From NCBI GenBank assembly GCA_950097015.1, contig CATNEN010000029.1, positions 5,208,001-5,272,000 of the forward strand: 64,000 bases of DNA, read 5' to 3'. Below, piece by piece: positions 1 through 11,600 of the stretch. The DNA comes from Macrostomum hystrix. Lineage: Eukaryota; Animalia; Platyhelminthes. How positions within the stretch are numbered: the first letter of the stretch is position 1; every line of letters begins with the position of its first letter. The position numbers and the translations under genes are program-made. The notes under the pieces are model-generated. The model had not been told where the DNA came from, made no database searches, and was given only the letters and a program-made list of their open reading frames with translations.

Positions 1-2509
1 TCTATTTACAGTTGCAGTCTATTTACAGTTGCAGTCTATTTAAAGTTGCAGTCTATTTACAGTTGCAGTCTATTTACAGTTGCCGTCTATTTAAAGTTGC
101 AGTCTATTTACAGTTGCAGTCTATTTACAGTTGCAGTCTATTTAAAGTTGCAGTCTATTTAAAGTTGCAGTCTATTTACAGTTGCCGTCTATTTAAAGTT
201 GCAGTCTATTTACAGTTGCAGTCTATTTAAAGTTGCAGTCTATTTAAAGTTGCAGTCTATTTAAAGTTGCAGTCTATTTACAGTTGCAGTCTATTTACAG
301 TTGCCGTCTATTTAAAGTTGCAGTCTATTTACAGTTGCAGTCTATTTAAAGTTGCAGTCTATTTACAGTTGCAGTCTATTTACAGTTGCAGTCTATTTAA
401 AGTTGCAGTCTATTTAAAGTTGCAGTCTATTTACAGTTGCAGTCTATTTAAAGTTGCAGTCTATTTACAGTTGCAGTCTATTTAAAGTTGCAGTCTATTT
501 ACAGTTGCAGTCTATTTACAGTTGCAGTCTATTTACAGTTGCAGTCTATTTAAAGTTGCAGTCTATTTACAGTTGCCGTCTATTTAAAGTTGCAGTCTAT
601 TTACAGTTGCAGTCTATTTACAGTTGCCGTCTATTTAAAGTTGCAGTCTATTTAAAGTTGCAGTCTATTTACAGTTGCAGTCTATTTACAGTTGCAGTCT
701 ATTTAAAGTTGCAGTCTATTTACAGTTGCCGTCTATTTAAAGTTGCAGTCTATTTAAAGTTGCAGTCTATTTAAAGTTGCAGTCTATTTACAGTTGCAGT
801 CTATTTACAGTTGCAGTCTATTTACAGTTGCAGTCTATTTAAAGTTGCAGTCTATTTACAGTTGCAGTCTATTTAAAGTTGCAGTCTATTTACAGTTGCA
901 GTCTATTTACAGTTGCAGTCTATTTAAAGTTGCAGTCTATTTACAGTTGCAGTCTATTTAAAGTTGCAGTCTATTTAAAGTTGCAGTCTATTTACAGTTG
1001 CAGTCTATTTACAGTTGCCGTCTATTTAAAGTTGCAGTCTACTTACAGTTGCCGTCTATTTAAAGTTGCAGTCTATTTAAAGTTGCAGTCTATTTACAGT
1101 TGCAGTCTATTTAAAGTTGCAGTCTATTTAAAGTTGCAGTCTATTTACAGTTGCCGTCTATTTAAAGTTGCAGTCTATTTACAGTTGCAGTCTATTTAAA
1201 GTTGCAGTCTATTTAAAGTTGCAGTCTATTTACAGTTGCAGTCTATTTACAGTTGCAGTCTATTTACAGTTGCAGTCTTTTTAAAGTTGCAGTCTATTTA
1301 CAGTTGCCGTCTATTTAAAGTTGCAGTCTATTTACAGTTGCAGTCTATTTACAGTTGCCGTCTATTTAAAGTTGCAGTCTATTTAAAGTTGCAGTCTATT
1401 TACAGTTGCAGTCTATTTACAGTTGCAGTCTATTTAAAGTTGCAGTCTATTTAAAGTTGCAGTCTATTTACAGTTGCAGTCTATTTAAAGTTGCAGTCTA
1501 TTTACAGTTGCCGTCTATTTAAAGTTGCAGTCTATTTAAAATTGCAGTCTATTTACAGTTGCAGTCTATTTACAGTTGCAGTCTATTTACAGTTGCAGTC
1601 TATTTAAAGTTGCAGTCTATTTACAGTTGCCGTCTATTTAAAGTTGCCGTCTATTTACAGTTGCAGTCTATTTACAGTTGCAGTCTATTTACAGTTGCAG
1701 TCTATTTACAGTTGCAGTCTATTTAAAGTTGCAGTCTATTTACAGTTGCAGTCTATTTACAGTTGCAGTCTATTTACAGTTGCAGTCTATTTACAGTTGC
1801 AGTCTATTTACAGTTGCAGTCTATTTAAAGTTGCAGTCTATTTACAGTTGCAGTCTATTTACAGTTGCAGTCTATTTACAGTTGCCGTCTATTTAAAGTT
1901 GCAGTCTATTTAAGGTTGCAGTCTATTTACAGTTGCAGTCTATTTACAGTTGCAGTCTATTTAAAGTTGCAGTCTATTTACAGTTGCAGTCTATTTAAAG
2001 TTGCAGTCTATTTAAAGTTGCAGTCTATTTACAGTTGCAGTCTATTTACAGTTGCAGTCTATTTAAAGTTGCAGTCTACTAACAGTTGCCGTCTATTTAA
2101 AGTTGCAGTCTATTTAAAGTTGCAGTCTATTTACAGTTGCAGTCTATTTAAAGTTGCAGTCTATTTACAGTTGCCGTCTATTTAAAGTTGCAGTCTATTT
2201 AAAATTGCAGTCTATTTACAGTTGCAGTCTATTTACAGTTGCCGTCTATTTAAAATTGCAGTCTATTTAAAGTTGCAGTCTATTTAAAGTTGCAGTCTAT
2301 TTAAAGTTGCAGTCTATTTAAAATTGCAGTCTATTTAAAGTTGCAGTCTATTTAAAGTTGCAGTCTATTTAAAGTTGCAGTCTATTTACAGTTGCAGTCT
2401 ATTTACAGTTGCAGTCTATTTAAAGTTGCAGTCTATTTACAGTTGCAGTCTATTTAAAGTTGCAGTCTATTTAAAGTTGCAGTCTATTTACAGTTGCAGT
2501 CTATTTAAA
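1..2509. repeat. 17-bp tandem satellite (TCTATTTA[C/A]AGTTGC[A/C]G), about 147 copies, runs off the window start
   Basis: Unit read directly; variants almost limited to C/A at position 9 and A/C at position 16. All ORFs called here are repeat translations. Confidence 0.98.
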
Positions 2510-3347
2510 CGCCTAGGCGTTTGAATAGCGCTGCCGCCTCCTGGTGCCACTGTTTTGCCATGACTACAGTGCGTAACAAGGCCTCAACGGAGAGCCGCGC
2601 ATCTGCTGCGGCTTCCAAGAGCGGCACACCACCTAAGCGACAAGGGCAACGCAGCGAACGTCGACGCAAAGAACGACGTCGCGAGCGCAATCGCCGTGGT
2701 CGACTACGAGGACGTCAACGTAAAGCCACAGGCCAAAGCCCCGCGCTACTGGTTGGGGCGGATCTTCCGGGTGGCGCCGGAGACCGTGAGACCCAACACC
2801 AACAGGTCCCAGCTGAACCAAAATGCGCACAACAGCTCAGGGTTGCGACGTGGAACTGTCGGACTACGACCTCAAATTAGACATAATAATGCTGCAAGAG
2901 CTTTCCATCAAAACCGAGCTGGGGCTTCACCAAGAGCATCTCGGCGGCGGCTGGCTCCTACAGTACACCTCAGCGGACTCAAGAGGCCGAGGAGGAGTCG
3001 GCGCTCTGATCAACCCCCGGCTACAGCGATGCACACGATGCGAAAGTCTATCACCGTGACTGCTGCGAGTTGACCTGCGTCTACGAACTCCAATTTATGG
3101 AGTTCCTGTCGGCACAGCTGGAGGCGTTGGCTCAGCGCGACTCGGTGCTGGTGCTCGGAGACTTGAACGCTGTACTGCGGCAGTCCGAGCGCTCCCGTTT
3201 CGTCACGCCGCGCGAGAACAACAACACCGACGCACTGGTTGACTTTGCAAGACGACACGACCTAGTATCGGCAAACACGCTTTTTCGGAAGCCGCTGCAG
3301 AGACTGGCGACATTTGCAGGCTGTAAGCGTCCACGCCGGAATGCATC
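2510..3347 (+). pseudogene. Degenerate non-LTR retrotransposon (RTE/LINE-like) 5' fragment: basic N-terminal region plus APE endonuclease, frameshifted and 3'-truncated
   Basis: APE motifs appear in order across frames: LRVATWNCRT, LDIIMLQE, GRGGVGALI, SP*LLRVDL (in-frame TGA at 3057-3059), VLVLGDLNA, NNNTDALVDFARRHDLVSANTLFRK, RLATF. No RT domain; sequence is replaced by a 21-bp array at about 3350. Confidence 0.85.
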
Positions 3348-3349
3348 TC

Positions 3350-4405
3350 ATGAATGCTTCTCTAAATCTCATCCTGTCTTCTCTGAATCTCACCCTCTCT
3401 TCTATGGATCTCAACCTTTCTTCTCTGAATCTCATCCTCTCTTCTATGGATCTCACCCTCTCTTCTCTGAATCTCACCCTCTCTTCTCTGAATCTCAACC
3501 TCTCTTCTATGGATCGCATCCTCTCTTCTATGGATCTCACCCTCTCTTCTCTGAATCTCACCCTGTCTTCTCTGGATCTCACACTCTCTTCTCTGGATCT
3601 CATCCTCTCTTCTCTGGATCTTACCCTCTCTTCTATGGATCTCACCCTCTCTTCTCTGGATCTCACACTCTCTTCTCTGGATCTCAACCTCTCTTCTATG
3701 GATCTCACCCTCTCTTCTCTGAATCTCACACTCTCTTCTCTGAATCTCATCCTCTCTTCTATGGATCTCACCCTCTCTTCTATGGATCTCAACCTTTCTT
3801 CTCTGAATCTCATCCTCTCTTCTATGGATCTCACCCTCTCTTCTCTGGATCTCACACTCTCTTCTCTGGATCTCACCCTCTCTTCTATGGATCTCACCCT
3901 CTCTTCTCTGAATCTCACCCTCTCTTTTTTGAATCTCACACTCTCTTCTCTGGATCTCACCCTCTCTTCTATGGATCTCAACCTTTCTTCTCTGAATCTC
4001 ATCCTCTCTTCTATGGATCTCACCCTCTCTTCTCTGAATCTCACCCTCTCTTCTCTGAATCTCATCCTCTCTTCTATGGATCGCATCCTCTCTTCTATGG
4101 ATCTCACCCTCTCTTCTCTGAATCTCACCCTGTCTTCTCTGGATCTCACCCTCTCTTCTATGGATCTCACCCTCTCTTCTCTAGATCTCACCCTCTCTCA
4201 TCTGGATCTCACACTCTCTTCTCTGGATCTCACCCTCTCTTCTCTGGATCTCACCCTCTCTTCTCTGGATCTCACCCTCTCCTCTCTGGATCTTACCCTC
4301 TCTTCTATGGATCTCACCCTCTCTTCTCTGAATCTCATCCACTCTTCTATAGATCTTACCCTCTCTTCTATGGATCTCACCCTCTCTTCTCTGAATCTCA
4401 CCCTC
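3350..4405. repeat. 21-bp pyrimidine-rich minisatellite (G[A/G]ATCTCACCCTCTCTTCT[C/A]T), about 50 copies
   Basis: Unit read directly; translates as SHPLFSG/E heptads. Confidence 0.97.
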
Positions 4406-5076
4406 GTGATCTCTTCTCGTCTCTTCTCAGATAGTTTTTACCTGTCTTGAAAAAATTAATGTGAATTTGTCGAATAAAAGCTGTTGATCATATTATAAGA
4501 TGAGAATAAAATAGCCCCTAAGTTAATTGTTAATTCGTTACTCATTCTTTCGTGAAAATGCTGTTGATTTCCAAACAGTCAAGTCTGTGTCTTCAGGTTC
4601 AGCACGTTTTTCAAATTTATTTCAAAATTAGAAAAATGCACGTTTATCTTTTTTGTCATGTCCTCAATCTATGAGTCAAGAAATGAAAATATTATCGTTG
4701 AAACTTTGAACCCGAAGAAACAAGACGTAGCTCGTATGCGTAGGTAAAATAAAAAATAATCAGGAACACCTCAGTTCATGGCCATCGCCACCAGTTTTTT
4801 TTTTAATAACAGCAAGGTCCGATGTGTACACAGTGTAATGTAATTAATGTATATTCGCAGAAACGTTTATGAATTTATTTAGGAATCTTTATTCTAGAAG
4901 CAAGCAGATTAAAATCAGTTCTTAATTCTTTACATAAATCAATCTATAAGTCAGAGCAAATCGATTCACACTCGAGCCAGCCATTGCTCAAGTGTTACAA
5001 TGCTGCTGCATCACAGCTTCAACTAGGCCTCTTAACTATAGACAAACTAGATAATTGCTAGATAGGTCACATCTCA

Positions 5077-5570
5077 TTCCTGATCCCATATCATACTGAT
5101 ATCCCAATCCTGATCCCATATCCTACTGAAATCCCAATCCTGATCCCATATCCGACTGATATCCCAATCCTGATCCCATATCATACTGATATCCCAATCC
5201 TGATCCCATATCCTACTGAAATCCCAATCCTGATCCCATATCCGACTGATATCCCAATCCTGATCCCATATCCTACTGATATCCCAATCCTGATCCCATA
5301 TCCTACTGATTTCCCAATCCTGATCCCATATCCGACTGATATCCCAATCCTGATCCCATATCCTACTGATATCCCAATCCTGATCTCATATCCTACTGAA
5401 ATCCCAATCCTGATCCCATATCCGACTGATATCCCAATCCTGATCCCATATCCTACTGAAATCCCAATCCTGATCCCATATCCTACTGAAATCCCAATCC
5501 TGATCCCATATCCGACTGAAATCCCAATCCTGATCCCATATCCGACTGATATCCCAATCCTGATCCCATC
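5077..5570. repeat. 30-bp minisatellite (CCTGATCCCATATCCTACTGATATCCCAAT), about 16 copies
   Basis: Unit read directly. Confidence 0.96.
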
Positions 5571-6237
5571 CCATATTCCATTGATCCCTAATCAATGACA
5601 ATTAGATCTAATAAAATTTAAAACCAAGAAAATTTAACAGCCTGCTATGCATGTAAAAAGTGCTGGATATCATATTCTAAGATATTCACGGACACAAACA
5701 TGACACATAGACATAGGCAGCCATTTTTATAACAGAGTAACAAAATGAGAATTGAGAAATCAAAGCGCATATAAAAAGAGACAGTACTAGTCGTATCATT
5801 TTACTACAAGTAGGCTGCTGAATGATAAAGTGCTACAAAACAAATTCACTTTTGGTAATGTAAGTGTCGCATTTAGCTCGCATAATATATAGAAAATTGA
5901 AAAATATATATTCGCCGGAAAGTTCAGTTTGTGCCATAGAGTAGGAAATGGGGGGTTATAACTCTCAGGGTCAGAAACAATGGATGGGCCAATAGCAAGT
6001 CGCATTATGACAGGCAGTGACAGAAAGACAGGCTAGCAACGGAAAATCGGAAAGCTTAAATTATTAATGAATTTTTTAATCGCAGAAAAGCAAAATTGTT
6101 GAATTTACAAAACTTCTGTTTGTGAAAATCTCAACATCTGGTAATTTGTGATCAATTGAGCACTCATCTTGGTTATACTGATGAAGGAGCTTGTAGTCCA
6201 ATCGTTAGAGCTTATGAGAGTTGACTTTGCAACTTTG

Positions 6238-8129
6238 CAACTACCAATACACCAGCATTGATTGGCAGATTGTGAACTACCAATACACCAGCATTGATTG
6301 GCAGATTGTGAACTACCAATAAACCAGCATTGATTGGCAGATTGTGAACTACCAATAACCCAGCATTGATTGGCAGATTGTGAACTACCAATACACCAGC
6401 ATTGATTGGCAGATTGTGAACTACCAATAACCCAGCATTGATTGGCAGATTGTGAACTACCAATACACCAGCATTGATTGGCAGATTGTGAACTACCAAA
6501 AAACCAGCATTGATTGGCAGATTGTGAACTACCAATAAACCAGCATTGATTGGCAGATTGTGAACTACCAATAACCCAGCATTGATTGGCAGATTGTGAA
6601 CTACCAATAAACCAGCATTGATTGGCAGATTGTGAACTACCAATAAACCAGCATTGATTGGCAGATTGTGAACTACCAATACACCAGAATTGATTGGCAG
6701 ATTGTGAACTACCAATACACCAGCATTGATTGGCAGATTGTGAACTACCAATACACCAGAATTGATTGGCAGATTGTGAACTACCAATAAACCAGCATTG
6801 ATTGGCAGATTGTGAACTACCAATACACCAGCATTGATTGGCAGATTGTGAACTACCAATACACCAGCATTGGTAGATTGGCAGATTGTGAACTACCAAT
6901 ACACCAGCATTGGTAGATTGGCAGATTGTGAACTACCAATACACCAGAATTGATTGGCAGATTGTGAACTACCAATACACCAGAATTGATTGGCAGATTG
7001 TGAACTACCAATACACCAGCATTGGTAGATTGGCAGATTGTGAACTACCAATACACCAGCATTGGTAGATTGGCAGATTGTGAACTACCAATACACCAGC
7101 ATTGGTAGATTGGCAGATTGTGAACTACCAATACACCAGAATTGATTGGCAGATTGTGAACTACCAATACACCAGCATTGATTGGCAGATTGTGAACTAC
7201 CAAAAAACCAGCATTGATTGGCAGATTGTGAACTACCAATAAACCAGCATTGATTGGCAGATTGTGAACTACCAATAACCCAGCATTGATTGGCAGATTG
7301 TGAACTACCAATACACCAGCATTGATTGGCAGATTGTGAACTACCAATAACCCAGCATTGATTGGCAGATTGTGAACTACCAATACACCAGCATTGATTG
7401 GCAGATTGTGAACTACCAAAAAACCAGCATTGATTGGCAGATTGTGAACTACCAATAAACCAGCATTGATTGGCAGATTGTGAACTACCAATAACCCAGC
7501 ATTGATTGGCAGATTGTGAACTACCAATAAACCAGCATTGATTGGCAGATTGTGAACTACCAATAAACCAGCATTGATTGGCAGATTGTGAACTACCAAT
7601 ACACCAGAATTGATTGGCAGATTGTGAACTACCAATACACCAGCATTGATTGGCAGATTGTGAACTACCAATACACCAGAATTGATTGGCAGATTGTGAA
7701 CTACCAATAAACCAGCATTGATTGGCAGATTGTGAACTACCAATACACCAGCATTGATTGGCAGATTGTGAACTACCAATACACCAGCATTGGTAGATTG
7801 GCAGATTGTGAACTACCAATACACCAGCATTGGTAGATTGGCAGATTGTGAACTACCAATACACCAGAATTGATTGGCAGATTGTGAACTACCAATACAC
7901 CAGAATTGATTGGCAGATTGTGAACTACCAATACACCAGCATTGGTAGATTGGCAGATTGTGAACTACCAATACACCAGCATTGGTAGATTGGCAGATTG
8001 TGAACTACCAATACACCAGCATTGGTAGATTGGCAGATTGTGAACTACCAATACACCAGCATTGGTAGATTGGCAGATTGTGAACTACCAATACACCAGC
8101 ATTGGTAGATTGGCAGATTGTGAACTACA
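6238..8129. repeat. 36-bp minisatellite (GAACTACCAATACACCAGCATTGATTGGCAGATTGT) with 40-bp variants and a 920-bp higher-order duplication
   Basis: Unit read directly; ORFs 6105-6899 and 7085-7819 share the same variant order at offset 920. Confidence 0.97.
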
Positions 8130-8642
8130 ATAAGCCTCCTGAAACAATGCAAATTAAACGATATTTTGAATACCCACATACGCTCGTAGAATCTGCATGA
8201 TTTGCTTTGATCACAAAGGCACGTCACATATTGTTCATTTACGAGTCATATCAAAGACAAAAAACCTTTTCATAAAACGGCGAGAGACAAAGAGAGAACC
8301 ACAGAAACGTTTTAGGAAAAATATTTTTATTACATAGCTTGGGTACCTATAAATTTGAAATAAAAAATACTTACCAGCACGTACACAAACTCACGAACAA
8401 GTGGAAGCTTAGTTAAGTTATAAGCGGACGAAACTTGTTGAATAAGAAATGACCTTGTCAATAAAAAGCCATTTTAGTTTGTCATCTTTGCTAACCATTA
8501 ATTAAAAAGAATCAGAAACTCAGCACACGGCAAGAAGCGGTGTATAACTCGAAAAAATAATCAATGTTATGGGATCTATATGAGATGATTACATAATCTA
8601 GCGTATGCAATTCCTCACAGCCAGTGGGTTTAGGGTTAGAAT

Positions 8643-11600
8643 CTACTGTAGGGAGCACATCTTTCGCATCTCCGTGTCAACCTCATCTTCCTGTGTTGGA
8701 CCGTCGCATGGCGCCCGGCCAGACACATCCGGCAGCAGCTCTTCTAGGCGCGTATCGTCGCGCTCATAGAACAACAGGTAGGCTGTGGTCATGTCCACCT
8801 GGTCCTCGGAAACCGCCTGAAAGTTTAGACGGAAGGATGGATTATGGACTAGCGAAATGGATTATACAGCAGGCATAGGGAAAATTTAGGATGAGTACGG
8901 ATAGTATAGGCAGGATTGGGATAATATAGGAGGAATGGGATAAAATAGGCGGGATTGGGATAAAATAGGCGGGATTGGGATAAAATAGGTGGGATTGGGA
9001 TAATATAAGCGGGATTTGGATAATATAGGGAGAATGAGAATATATAAAAGGTATTGGGAAAATGTAGGAGGTACGGGGATAATAAAAGAGGAAAGGGATA
9101 ATATAGAAGGGGATAGGGATAATATATGAGGAATAGGAATAATACAGGAGGTATTGGGATTATACAATATGAAAAGGGAGAATTTGGGAGAAATGAGGAT
9201 AATATTGGAGGGATGGGATCATATTGGAGGAATGGAATAATATTGGAGGAATGGGGATAATATTGGAGGAATGGGGATAATATTGGAGGAATGGGGATAA
9301 TATTGGAGGAATGGGGATAATATTGGAGAAATGGGGATAATATTGGAGGAATGGGGATAATATTGGAGGAATGGGGATAATATTGGAGGAATGGGGATAA
9401 TATTGGAGGAATGGGGATAATATTGGAGGAGTGGGGATAATATTGGAGGAATGGGGATAATATTGGAGGAATGGGGATAATATTGGAGGAATGGGGATAA
9501 TATTGGAGGGATGGGGATAATATTGGAGGAATGGGGATAATATTGGAGGGATGGGGATAATATTGGAGGAATGGGGATAATATTAAAGTAATGGGGATAA
9601 TATTAAAGTAATGGGGATATCTAATAAGAAGATACAGATAATGAGCAGAGCAATTTAAAAACAAAAGAACAACGTAGATCCAGGCCTAATTCTCACCTTA
9701 ACTGAGCTGTCATTGAACAGGTACCACTGGCCGGTGGAATTGCGCGCATAAGACACATAGTGACCGCCGCCAAGGATGCCAGAATGGCAGATCACAGCGT
9801 ACAGGTGATATTGGGCTTCGTCAGTGGCGGCCGGAGCGCCAGGGCTGGCGTGCGGCTGCAGCCTCAGGCCGCGTGTGGGACAGGTGACCACTTTGTGCGA
9901 TTTCACCCAGCGATTGGCTAAGAAGTGAAAACGCTTCAGGTGCAAAATTAGCACGGGCGGCAGGCGCCACAGGCGCATAGCTAGACTGGCTGTCCGATGC
10001 TCGCGACACTTTGAACAGAAATAGGTGTCCTTATCGTTCAACTCTTCCACGCGGGTGAAGGCCCGGAAGCAGGCGTCCAGATTCATTGGCTCGGCAACGA
10101 CCTGCGCGACAATGGAATCAATTTAGCCTCGCTGTGGATTCGAACTCGGGTACTCCGGTTTTTACCCAAATTCTTACCTTTTGCAGGTGTTGCAGTGATG
10201 AATCCGTAGCGAATTCCCGCTCCAGCGAGGCCTGATAACGCAGGTGCAGGGCAGTGTGCTCCCAATCAACTGCCAAGTGATCGGAGCGCGACTCGTAAGG
10301 CGCATTGTCGCAGGGCACCGGGCAGCCGCGGCAGAACCTGTACCAGGGACACAGGGCGCAGGCCAGGCCGCTGCCGTTGATGCACTTCACTTCGAATGGG
10401 TACTCTGAGGAGCTGACGGCGTCCCCGAGTGTGGCGTGGTTTGAGTGCGGGAACTCCGGCTTTGGAGTGACTAGGCGCTTCACCTGGGGAAGGATAGGTG
10501 GGAAGACTAACTGCTGATACCGAATATCACTTGAATCTAAAATCTAATGCTGACAAACCATATTCCTTGCATATGACACCCACTGCTGACACCCCATGAC
10601 CCTGAAATCTGATACCTACTGCTGACAAACCATATTCCTTGCATATGACACCCACTGCTGACACCCCATGACCCTGAAATCTGACACCTACTGCTGACAA
10701 ACCATATTCCTTGCATATGACACCCACTGCTGACACCCCATGACCCTGAAATCTGACACCTACTGCTGACAAACCATATTCCTTGCATATGACACCCACT
10801 GCTGACACCCCATGACCCTGAAATCTGACACCCACTACTGACACCTATGTCCCTTGAATCTGACAACCACTGCTGACAAACCATATCCATTGAATCTGAC
10901 ACCCACTGCTGACAAACCACATCCATTGAATCTGACACCCACTGCTGACAAACCATGTCCCTTGAATCTGACACCTCCTGCTGACAGTCTGAAAGCAGAT
11001 TGCTGAATAATCACAACCAGGAAATCCCAGCCAAGAGTAGGCCTGACTATGCTCACCTGCAGCCAGATGCAGCGATACACATCGCAGTTTTTCATGCCTG
11101 GCAGCAGAGGCAGCACGCAGGGCAGGCTAAACAGTGACGGCCTCGATTTGTGATAGGACAGAAAGTACACCTCCATGCGAATCTGTTTGCGGTGATAAAC
11201 TAACGCGAAGCCTAGGCCGCGAGATGACAAAGAAGCCGAGAGCTGCTGCTGCTGCTGCTGCTGCTCTGTTGAAGGTTGCTCTGCTAGGCTATTAACGGAA
11301 CTATTCCTCGATATCTGCTGTGCTCCAGAGTTCGAATTCGGACCATTGCTATTGGCTCCGCCGCCGTTACAGACCGGTTGTCGGCCTGGCGCGACAGCTG
11401 TACTGGCCGGCGGAGACGCAGTCAGCAGAGGAGGCGACGACACTGGCATCAGGTAAGCAAACAATGAACTGCCAGACGCCAGGTATTTGATCTGCTGCTC
11501 GTCCGATGGAAAGTTCTTAGGAACGGGGAAAAGTTTAATGGCCAGGCATCAATTTGGTTATCTTTTCCCTGTAAAAAATTCGGCTGCTTCTTCGGTGGGT

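Noticed and set aside
12-2185. Many 70-106 aa ORFs (MQSIYSCSLF...)
   Set aside because: Translations of the 17-bp satellite; the same applies to the ORFs over every other array, such as 6105-7819, 24311-25114, 33967-34767, 49145-50437 and 52696-54684.
2510-3347. Active retrotransposon or domesticated nuclease
   Set aside because: Frameshifts, deletions, an in-frame stop and no RT domain.
6238-8129. 36-bp repeat with hairpin potential resembling a CRISPR array
   Set aside because: Units are contiguous with no unique spacers, there are no cas genes, and the context is eukaryotic with introns.
8625-8640. GGGTTTAGGGTTAG telomere-like motif (also near 39773 and 48651)
   Set aside because: Only 1-2 units each; consistent with chance.
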